IMG/VR virus record: IMGVR_UViG_3300033485_000007
Coordinates: 12,653-76,652 of that record
Length of the DNA: 64,000 nt
Reading direction: 5' to 3' (one strand)
DNA from: a virus
Lineage: Duplodnaviria; Caudoviricetes
In this document: piece by piece, positions 56,889-64,000 of the stretch
Layout of the letters: the number at the start of each line of letters is the position of its first letter
Numbering within the stretch: position 1 is the stretch's first letter
The notes under the pieces: model-generated
Seen by the model: only the letters and a program-made list of their open reading frames with translations
The model's database searches: none
Told to the model about the DNA's origin: nothing
Translations under genes and position numbers: made by a program

Positions 56889-57049
56889 TTGCGCATGAGC
56901 TTGCGCCGATATTGGAGGATAGATGCCTGCATTTGAAGTTTCCGAAACCGTATCAATCACTGTCGACTTCGAGGTTTTCTGTGCGACGTGCGGATATGTC
57001 TTATGCGACTAGAGAACATAAAGCGAGAACTGTTTGACGAAAGGAACGG

Positions 57050-57364
57050 ATGATGTCCAGACCAGATGATGCTAAGTACTACCTGACGCCGGCCGAAGTG
57101 AGCGCCCGCCTTGACCGCGGAGACGCCGTGCTGTTTTATGACCATGATGTATTGACTAGAATCCAATTCTGGAGACACCAAGGACTGGTCGCTCAACAGT
57201 ATTCATCACGACACACGGGAGACGGCTGGGGCCACGAGTTTCCTATGCATCTAGAGCCGCCTCTATACAGATGCTTCGAGCCTCTGGTTACCTGTAGCGA
57301 AGGGCACCGGATAAACAACCGGTCGGATGGGCTTTGTGATATTTGCGATTCGCAAGATTCCTAA
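57050..57364 (+). CDS. hypothetical protein with C-terminal Cys/His cluster
   Basis: CSEGH...CDIC. Confidence 0.55.
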   Translation: MMSRPDDAKYYLTPAEVSARLDRGDAVLFYDHDVLTRIQFWRHQGLVAQQYSSRHTGDGWGHEFPMHLEPPLYRCFEPLVTCSEGHRINNRSDGLCDICDSQDS

Positions 57365-57377
57365 AGGAGCATAGCAC

Positions 57378-57884
57378 ATGTTTCTGTCAATGTTTGAAGA
57401 ATCACGTTACCATCGCCAGCTCGCTCTGTACAAAGAGAAGCATTCACCGAGTTCTGTAACCGGCGAAACCAAATGCAATCAGTGCGGCACATGCTGCTGG
57501 ACTAGACCTCCGCGACTTAGCCAAACTGAGCTGTCGAATATCGCTCGCAGTCTCGGGAAAACAGACCGCGAGTTTTTTCTGGAATGCTGCGTCATCGACA
57601 ACCCGGGCGGTTCAAGTCTTTGCCCTGTACTAATCAGGTCGCATCAGCAACACCACGCTGGTTATTACCTACCAGCGCAAGAGACGTATTCCTTCGATTC
57701 TCCGTGCGCGTTTTTGGACCAGGAAAACGGAAACGCCTGCAAATTTCACTCAACGAAGCCGTTCGAATGCTCGTCTCACGACTGCTGGAATGATAGCTCC
57801 ATTGAGTTGAAGTATAACTGGTCAAATGAAGAGCTAATCGCGCTAGGTTGGAGCGGTTACGTGGGCAATGGCGGTGATGAATGA
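57378..57884 (+). CDS. YkgJ-family CxxCxxCC Fe-S/Zn cluster protein
   Basis: CNQCGTCC, CAFLD...CKFH..KPFEC. Confidence 0.8.
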   Translation: MFLSMFEESRYHRQLALYKEKHSPSSVTGETKCNQCGTCCWTRPPRLSQTELSNIARSLGKTDREFFLECCVIDNPGGSSLCPVLIRSHQQHHAGYYLPAQETYSFDSPCAFLDQENGNACKFHSTKPFECSSHDCWNDSSIELKYNWSNEELIALGWSGYVGNGGDE

Positions 57885-58423
57885 CTACCGCTCGAATCCC
57901 ACCGCCAATATTCTTGACCGCGGACTGGCACGTTGGTCACGCTAACGTAATCGCTTACGACCGGCGGCCGTTTCGTGACGTGGGTGAGATGCTGGATGCT
58001 CTCGTCCGAAACTATCGCGAAGTTGTCACGGTGTCCGATTCTGTACTATTCCTCGGTGACATGTTTTTCAAGGCTTCGAAGTCCGAAGCGCTATCAATAA
58101 TGTCGTCACTACCTGGTCAGAAGTCTCTCATCCTCGGGAACCACGATCGGCACTCGAAAACCTGGTATCGCGATGTTGGGTTCGACGTCGTGCTCGATTA
58201 CGCGATTGCCACCGATGCCAGAATCGGAGACGTGCTGTTCGTCCACGATCCGCTCCACGCCGTCCGATGCCGCGAGCCGTACCAAGCCGTAGTCCACGGC
58301 CACAAGCACTCGGTTGGTCCACAGATGCGCGGGGCAGGGTCGGGTTTGGTAGAGGTTAGCGTGACGGCCTGGGACTATCGACCGGCGATGTTCGACGATG
58401 TGGTTGATTTGCTTGTTGCGTAA
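57881..58423 (+). CDS. calcineurin-like metallophosphoesterase
   Basis: ADWHVGH, FLGD, GNHD, HGHKH. Confidence 0.9.
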   Translation: MTTARIPPPIFLTADWHVGHANVIAYDRRPFRDVGEMLDALVRNYREVVTVSDSVLFLGDMFFKASKSEALSIMSSLPGQKSLILGNHDRHSKTWYRDVGFDVVLDYAIATDARIGDVLFVHDPLHAVRCREPYQAVVHGHKHSVGPQMRGAGSGLVEVSVTAWDYRPAMFDDVVDLLVA

Positions 58424-58443
58424 ACCGTAGAAATTGCTAGGAT
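58416..58443 (+). promoter_or_regulatory. promoter of the sigma gene (leaderless)
   Basis: TTGCGT-16-TAGGAT, 6 nt before ATG 58450. Confidence 0.45.
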
Positions 58444-58449
58444 ATAAAT

Positions 58450-59004
58450 ATGACGCCCGCAGAACTCTTTGAAAGTAACCTAGACCTCGTTCCAAAAATC
58501 GTAAGCCGCTGGAACTACGACACTCCAACGCTAGGTGATGACGATAGGCGCTCAATCGCCAGAATAGAGCTCTGGAACGCGTCGAACCGATATGGTGGCT
58601 CTAGACCATTCCGCGGTTACGCCGCCGTGCGAATCGCCAACGCGCTAAGAAACGCCATGCGGGACGATGGCCGGTCTCGACGGGTCGAGAACGAGTCCGT
58701 GTCACTTGACCAACTGGCCGATAACGATAGCGATGTGATGACCGGTAACGACTATTGTGACGCTATCACGGACAGCTCAGACTTGGCCGAGGACGCGTTG
58801 AGCCACCATGACGAGCTACGTACCGTCAAGGCCGCCTGCGACGCGCTACAGCCAGCCCAGCGCGCCGTAATCGAGCGGCGCTACCTGGGAGACGAACAGG
58901 AGCTACTTTCGGACATCGGCAAGTCCCGCGGGGTCAGCCGGGAACGAATTCGTCAGATCGAATCGGACGCGCTCGTGACGCTGCGGAAACGCCTGGTTGC
59001 GTAG
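58450..59004 (+). CDS. sigma70-family RNA polymerase sigma factor
   Basis: Region 2 (LWNASNRY...FRGYA.VRI..ALR) and region 4 (QRAVIERRY...IG..RGVSRERIRQIE). Confidence 0.9.
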   Translation: MTPAELFESNLDLVPKIVSRWNYDTPTLGDDDRRSIARIELWNASNRYGGSRPFRGYAAVRIANALRNAMRDDGRSRRVENESVSLDQLADNDSDVMTGNDYCDAITDSSDLAEDALSHHDELRTVKAACDALQPAQRAVIERRYLGDEQELLSDIGKSRGVSRERIRQIESDALVTLRKRLVA

Positions 59005-59027
59005 ACTGGTGCGGTACTTATAGTGAG

Positions 59028-59053
59028 AGCCGGCCTTGATATGGTCGGCTTTT
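59028..59053 (+). terminator. intrinsic terminator after sigma
   Basis: AGCCGGCC/GGTCGGCT stem followed by TTTT. Confidence 0.7.
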
Positions 59054-59073
59054 CGCGTTTTGTGGCATGTTGC

Positions 59074-59119
59074 TTGACATTGAGAGATGTAATGCTATGT
59101 AACGTTACAGGCATTACAT
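59074..59119 (+). promoter_or_regulatory. replication-gene promoter overlapped by a compound palindrome
   Basis: TTGACA at 59074; ATGTAATGC-TA-TGTAACGTTACA-G-GCATTACAT at 59087-59119. Confidence 0.7.
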
Positions 59120-59993
59120 GGCAGGATACACGCCGATTTTTAGGTCTATTTTACAATCAACGATTTGGGAGGAGGAGGCCCACGTAAAGGTGGTATGGCT
59201 AACCATGCTGCTAATGTGCGACAGAAATGGGTTCGTCGATACGACCATATCTGGCCTGGCAAGGGCGGCTGTCGTAACGCGAGAACAGTGTATCAATGCG
59301 ATAGGGAGACTCTCGTCTCCAGATAAAGAAAGCAAGTCAAAGGCACTGGAGGGTCGTCGGGTCATCCAGGTTGACGACGGGTACCAACTTGTCAATCATC
59401 AAAAGTACAAGGACAAGATGGGACTGTCGTCTCGGCAGAACCGAGAACGAGTAGCTTCGTTTCGAAGAAATAAGTCGCCAGTTGCAAAAAAAACGACCGA
59501 AAATTCTCCAGAAGATTCAAACACTTCAGTGCCTTGTAATGGGTGTAATGGAAATACAATAGGTATAGATCTAGGTTTAGGTCTCGATCTTGGTTTAAAA
59601 TCTTCTTCTGAGACGAAGAAGTTACCGCGAGTCAAGAAAACCAAGTCACCATCGGTCTGCTCTCCGGCTCCTGAGTCGATAACCGCCACCGAAGCGACAC
59701 TTAAAATCGCAAAGGAGTTCAATAGGGATTGGCAGTCCGACTGGGAGGCGTGTCGCGATTGGGCGTGGAGCAAGGGCGAAACACGAGCCGATTGGCAGGC
59801 TACACTTCGGACTTGGATGAAAAAGGCGACGACATTCCAAGCCGGCAAGACTCGCGCGTATTCACGGCCACCAGTCGAAAAATGGGGCCTTGGTCGCGGC
59901 AATGGCCCGCAGCCTAATGACCCGTTGAACCCAATCATACCGAATCGAGTCGAACTCACCGAAGAGGACTACGCGAATGCATCGAATTCCTGA
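59118..59993 (+). CDS. replication initiator (lambda O/DnaT-like architecture)
   Basis: N-terminal STIWEE...VWLTMLLMCDRNG wHTH-like region, low-complexity linker, C-terminal DWQATLRTWM; upstream of loader and DnaB. Confidence 0.75.
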   Translation: MAGYTPIFRSILQSTIWEEEAHVKVVWLTMLLMCDRNGFVDTTISGLARAAVVTREQCINAIGRLSSPDKESKSKALEGRRVIQVDDGYQLVNHQKYKDKMGLSSRQNRERVASFRRNKSPVAKKTTENSPEDSNTSVPCNGCNGNTIGIDLGLGLDLGLKSSSETKKLPRVKKTKSPSVCSPAPESITATEATLKIAKEFNRDWQSDWEACRDWAWSKGETRADWQATLRTWMKKATTFQAGKTRAYSRPPVEKWGLGRGNGPQPNDPLNPIIPNRVELTEEDYANASNS

Positions 59994-60708
59994 TTCACAT
60001 CTGGACGCAAAGGCGCGCGCCGCGTTCTCCGGAGACGACCCCAAGGTCTCAATCGACCCGCGTCTCGTGAAGTGGTTCTCGACATGGAGCGGGTCAGTTT
60101 CAACGCTTCTGCTCGGACCCAGCGGCTGTGGAAAGACGTTGACTGCTGCATTTGCTGCGTCGACGGTCTACCAGTTTGCTATTCGAGAGCCAGGTAAGCT
60201 GGCGAGGCTCGTCGTGTCCAGGGCAAGACCGCATGGCGGCTTCGTTCGAAACGTTCAAACCGCTCGATGGGTTAGAGCTGACCACCTTTCGCGTATCCTA
60301 TCGGACAAGAATACGGCCGATGAAATGAAAGCTTTCATCTCCGCGCCGCTGCTTGTCATCGACGAAGTTGGCTTCGAGCGTTTTTCTGAGACGTTTCTCG
60401 AGCTGATCGGAACGCGAGCCGAACTCGGACGCCCGATGGTTGTGACTAGCGGCCTAACGTACGATGCGATGGTCAAACGATATTCCGATTCCACTGTACG
60501 GCGCCTAGCCAACCACGGTGGGTCGTTGCTCGTTGACTGCCATGGCCCGGCGCCCAAGGTCAAGATTGCCCCGCGCTGGCCCGTATTGGCACATGTGACG
60601 CGCTCTGGATGCGTGGTCGGTACCAGTGAGCCAAATGATCCGTTAGCACCCCACGTGGCCAACCCAGGCGCCGCAAACCTTATACGCGAATTCACTCGGG
60701 GGTTTTGA
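59977..60708 (+). CDS. DnaC/IstB-like helicase loader ATPase
   Basis: Walker A GPSGCGKT, Walker B LLVIDEVG, MVVTS, YSDSTVRRL. Confidence 0.85.
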   Translation: MHRIPDSHLDAKARAAFSGDDPKVSIDPRLVKWFSTWSGSVSTLLLGPSGCGKTLTAAFAASTVYQFAIREPGKLARLVVSRARPHGGFVRNVQTARWVRADHLSRILSDKNTADEMKAFISAPLLVIDEVGFERFSETFLELIGTRAELGRPMVVTSGLTYDAMVKRYSDSTVRRLANHGGSLLVDCHGPAPKVKIAPRWPVLAHVTRSGCVVGTSEPNDPLAPHVANPGAANLIREFTRGF

Positions 60709-60709
60709 C

Positions 60710-61207
60710 ATGAAGACGATACCGCTAACGCAAGGTCAGGTTGCACTCGTGGATGATGAGGATTACGAACGTCTCAGTGTTAATAAGTGGCGTGCGCGGT
60801 TGGACCCGCACACGAAATCGTACTATGCTGTGCGGACATCGTACGATAACGGCGAGAAGCGTCTGATTTACATGCACCGAGAAGTTATGAACGCGAAAGA
60901 CGGTGAGCATGTGGACCATATCGCACACGAGACGTGCGACAACCAGAAATTGAGTCTGCGCATCTGCACGCAAAGCCAGAATAACGCGAATGTCGGTGTT
61001 CGAGCGGACAACTCGAGCGGGTTCAAGGGTGTATGTTGGCATAAACAGGCACAAAAGTGGGAGGCCCGGATTCGCGTCAACGGGAAGAAGAAGTATATCG
61101 GCCTCTACTCTACTCCAGAAGAAGCCGCTGTTGCCTACGACCTAGCCGCTCTAAAGTACCACGGCGAGTTCGCCGTTACCAACGCCTCACTTGGACTATT
61201 GAAATGA
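60710..61207 (+). CDS. HNH-AP2 homing endonuclease (copy 4)
   Basis: Same motifs as the other copies. Confidence 0.9.
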   Translation: MKTIPLTQGQVALVDDEDYERLSVNKWRARLDPHTKSYYAVRTSYDNGEKRLIYMHREVMNAKDGEHVDHIAHETCDNQKLSLRICTQSQNNANVGVRADNSSGFKGVCWHKQAQKWEARIRVNGKKKYIGLYSTPEEAAVAYDLAALKYHGEFAVTNASLGLLK

Positions 61208-62637
61208 ACGATCAAAACCAACAGTTCGACCTTTCCGCCGAAAAGGCCGTCATTGCCGCGTGCCTCCTATCGCCGGATTCGCTATCGGTAATTCGCGACT
61301 CGGTAAAACCACCGCATTTCTTCGATTTCGCGTGCCGAGCAATCTACGAAGCCGCCTGCGCCGTCGACGATAGCGGATCAAAAATCGACGCCATCACGAT
61401 TGCGTGCGCTATGCGGTCTCGTGGCACCCTTGATTCGATTGGCGGGCCCCCAGCATTGCGCGCTCTTTTCGGCGCTAGTCCCGATCTATCACACGTCGCC
61501 GATCACTGTGCCATTGTATCCGCGAGGGCCCGCCAGCGTGCGATAGGTGATGTCTGTCGCAAGCACCTAGCGACGTCTTCCGGCGAGATCAAATCGATCA
61601 CCGAGTACTGTGAACAAGTCGAAGCCGACATCCTCGCGGCAACCGACCCGGGAGAAACCAGCGACGCGCCGCAGATGATTAGTGAGATTATCCAAGACAT
61701 CTTACCGGGCATCACCGAGCGTCAGGACCGCACCCGTGACGATCAACCGGTTGGCATCAGCACTGGAATCTACGAGCTCAACGTCGCGCTGGGCGGCGGG
61801 CTAGACCCGATGGTATACTACGTTGGGGCGCGGCCCGGGATGGGAAAGACGGCCTTCATTGGTTCGATGATTCTTTCGATCGCAAAAGGAGGAGTCGATA
61901 ATTACGGCAACCCACTTCATGACGGTAAGGCTGGCGTGCTATGCTCGTTCGAGATGCCGAAAGACCAGCTTGCTATGCGGCTATTAGCGGCCGAGTCCGG
62001 TGTTCCGTTCCAGTCGATACGGGCCGAATGCATGCGCCAGGAGCAATGGCAGTCGGTGCTCGATGCGATAGAGCGTCTTTCGAACATGCCAATTTCGATC
62101 GCGTACATGCCAGGCGCGCATATGACTCGGATTCGCTCTACGATGAAGCGGGAGTTTCGTCGACTGAATCTAAAGTACGGGTCGGCACCGGGCATCGGTG
62201 CAGTGGATTACATCGGTCTGGTCAAGGGTGACCGTTCTAAGGGGGACAGCCGAGAAAACGAAATAGCATCGATATCGCGTTTTCTAACTACGCTACCGAA
62301 GGAGTTCGGTTGCCCAATCTTTGGTTTATCTCAACTCAATAGAGACCTAGAGAAGCGACCCGATAAGCGCCCGCAAATGTCAGACCTTCGCGAGTCCGGC
62401 GCGCTCGAACAAGACGCGTATGGTCTATGGTTCCTTTATCGCGATTGGGTGTACAATCCGGAAACCGCCGACGAGACCGACGTCGAGATCATCATCGAAA
62501 AGAATCGCAACGGCAAACCCGGTACCGTTCATGCCAAATTCGAGGGCGACAAGATGCGCTTCGTTTCTGTCAACCAAGCGCTGTACGACCAGTGCGACTC
62601 AATCAGCGACGGAATTCCGGTGAGCGATTTCCTGTGA
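61204..62637 (+). CDS. dnaB: replicative DNA helicase
   Basis: AEKAVI, GARPGMGKT, SFEMP..QL..R, VDYIGL, SRENEIASISR, LSQLNR, RPQMSDLRESGALEQDA, IIEKNRNG. Confidence 0.95.
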   Translation: MNDQNQQFDLSAEKAVIAACLLSPDSLSVIRDSVKPPHFFDFACRAIYEAACAVDDSGSKIDAITIACAMRSRGTLDSIGGPPALRALFGASPDLSHVADHCAIVSARARQRAIGDVCRKHLATSSGEIKSITEYCEQVEADILAATDPGETSDAPQMISEIIQDILPGITERQDRTRDDQPVGISTGIYELNVALGGGLDPMVYYVGARPGMGKTAFIGSMILSIAKGGVDNYGNPLHDGKAGVLCSFEMPKDQLAMRLLAAESGVPFQSIRAECMRQEQWQSVLDAIERLSNMPISIAYMPGAHMTRIRSTMKREFRRLNLKYGSAPGIGAVDYIGLVKGDRSKGDSRENEIASISRFLTTLPKEFGCPIFGLSQLNRDLEKRPDKRPQMSDLRESGALEQDAYGLWFLYRDWVYNPETADETDVEIIIEKNRNGKPGTVHAKFEGDKMRFVSVNQALYDQCDSISDGIPVSDFL

Positions 62638-63752
62638 CCAACCACGCAATAGAGGTTCGCTATCTGCTCAGCGACGCGCGACAACTTTGCGCGGCACTGG
62701 GCTGGATGGGTGGAGCCAAGAAGGCCGGCACCGACGGCATTCTGATCAGATGCCCAGTCCACAACGAGCGGCACGCCTCGTGTTGGGTTAGGCGTCGTGG
62801 CGATGGCACACTTTCGATGACGTGTCAAAGTTGTGGCGCAAATGGCGACGCGCTGACTATGGTGGCGCTCGCTTACGGGCTGGATATTCGATCGAACTTT
62901 CACGAGGTCCTTATCGCAGGCGCGGAACTCGGCGGTAATCTGGCGCTCGCCGACGAAATCAGAAACGGTAGATCATGCGCCGATGCCCCGCGCCGCCAAC
63001 CGGTACCGCAACCGCCACCAGTTCCTGACTCTCCGATGATGAGTGCGTCCGAGATTGACTCCGTTTTCGGCCTGTGCGTACAGTGCTCGAGTGACCCTGA
63101 CGCTAACCGTGTGCTATCGTCTCGAGCTATCAATCCGGCTGTCGTCGATTCGCTTGGACTGGCGGCCGTCATACCTCGTGGAGTAACGCTCCCTGGTTGG
63201 GCTTCGATTGAAACAGATGACGAGCGCGTCGTGTATTGGACCGAAACGGGACATCGCCTAATCGTGAAATTGTACAATAGCGATGGGGTCGCGCGAGGGG
63301 TGCGCGGTTGGCAGGTGGACCGAGCGAACGGCATCAAGCGTTTGCCGGCGCGTGGACGTCGCGGAGTTGGGTTAGTGCTAGCGAACGCGGCTGGTGTCGG
63401 GTTACTCTCGTGGACGTCTAGCCCCGATGCGGTTATCTTCGTGGAAGGCGAGCCAGACTTCATCACGTGGGCGACGCGTGTACCCGACTCGGTTGCTGTC
63501 ATCGGAGTAGGGTCTGGGTGGTGGACAAAGGGACACGCCGATAAGGTCTTACCAGGGACACCGGTTGCGATTCGCGCGCATTGCGATTCGGCTGGAGAGA
63601 GGTATGCAAATCAAATCGCTAGCTCGCTACCATCTGGCGTTAACGTGTGGAGACTCAGGCAAGATGGTGCGGATGATGAGAATGACAAAGCGTCGGCTGG
63701 CGTATTGGCTGATAATCCGTTTGATAGCTGTGTCAAAATAAATTCGATTTGA
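62634..63752 (+). CDS. DNA primase-like protein (Zn finger + TOPRIM)
   Basis: CPVHNE..ASC...CQSCG..GD; FVEGEPDF; HCDSAGE; GTG start overlaps the dnaB stop. Confidence 0.8.
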   Translation: MTNHAIEVRYLLSDARQLCAALGWMGGAKKAGTDGILIRCPVHNERHASCWVRRRGDGTLSMTCQSCGANGDALTMVALAYGLDIRSNFHEVLIAGAELGGNLALADEIRNGRSCADAPRRQPVPQPPPVPDSPMMSASEIDSVFGLCVQCSSDPDANRVLSSRAINPAVVDSLGLAAVIPRGVTLPGWASIETDDERVVYWTETGHRLIVKLYNSDGVARGVRGWQVDRANGIKRLPARGRRGVGLVLANAAGVGLLSWTSSPDAVIFVEGEPDFITWATRVPDSVAVIGVGSGWWTKGHADKVLPGTPVAIRAHCDSAGERYANQIASSLPSGVNVWRLRQDGADDENDKASAGVLADNPFDSCVKINSI

Positions 63753-63777
63753 CTCTTGATCGGTCTTGTGCTAAGGT
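63749..63777 (+). promoter_or_regulatory. promoter of HNH copy 5 (leaderless)
   Basis: TTGACT-17-TAAGGT, 8 nt before ATG. Confidence 0.6.
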
Positions 63778-63785
63778 CGCGCGGC

Positions 63786-64000
63786 ATGAAAACGATACCG
63801 CTGACCAAAGGACAAGTTGCTCTCGTAGACGATGAGGATTACGAGCGACTCAGTGTGCACAAGTGGCGCGCAACGTTGAACCCGCACACGAAATCGTACT
63901 ATGCTGTGCGGACATCGTACGATAACGGCGAGAAGCGTCTGATTTACATGCACCGAGAAGTTATGAACGCGAAAGACGGTGAGCATGTGGACCATATCGC
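63786..64000 (+). CDS. HNH-AP2 homing endonuclease (copy 5, truncated by window end)
   Basis: MKTIPLTKGQVALVDDEDYERL...; last 121 bp identical to copy 4. Confidence 0.85.
   Translation, partial: MKTIPLTKGQVALVDDEDYERLSVHKWRATLNPHTKSYYAVRTSYDNGEKRLIYMHREVMNAKDGEHVDHI

Noticed and set aside
48020-57012. TAG stop-codon reassignment suggested by two short ORFs interrupted by TAG (near 48130 and at 57010)
   Set aside because: TAG cleanly ends clear genes (13517, 16558, 27966, 31283) right before the next start or a terminator; large genes are intact in the standard code

Overview
This window is a 64-kb segment of a tailed dsDNA phage or prophage genome with a contractile tail and a Mu-type baseplate. 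It replicates with its own initiator, loader, DnaB and primase rather than by transposition. No terminase, portal, integrase, reverse transcriptase, tRNA or CRISPR array is visible in the window. Layout: (1) 1-21.6 kb (+): capsid, neck, sheath, tube, tail chaperones with a -1 slippery site, tape measure, baseplate and three receptor-binding-type proteins. (2) 21.6-26.8 kb (-): an inverted block of small genes including a DUF6948/Gly-repeat pair and an adenine-methylase-like gene. (3) 26.9-31.3 kb (+): PC4-like gene, displaced baseplate spike, Pro-rich protein and lysis genes. (4) 31.3-54.2 kb (-): a long early/middle region with a cREC-RlaP-CCA RNA-repair-like operon, promoter-repeat gene cassettes, ASCH, DUF5131, a second nucleotidyltransferase, ExoVIII-like nuclease, SLT, VRR-NUC, beta clamp and a methylase. 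(5) 54.3-64 kb (+): a Prs-like/NAMPT-like pair (NARP1-type NAD+ reconstitution candidate), Fe-S and metallophosphoesterase genes, a sigma factor and the replication module. Five HNH-AP2 endonuclease genes are scattered through the window. The most unusual signals are two promoter-driven, ORF-poor, helix-rich regions (about 47.76-48.23 kb and 23.72-23.91 kb) that look like structured RNAs, the RNA end-repair operon, and a family of repeated early promoters carrying a 12-bp palindrome. All product calls come from motif recognition by eye; no database search or folding program was run.
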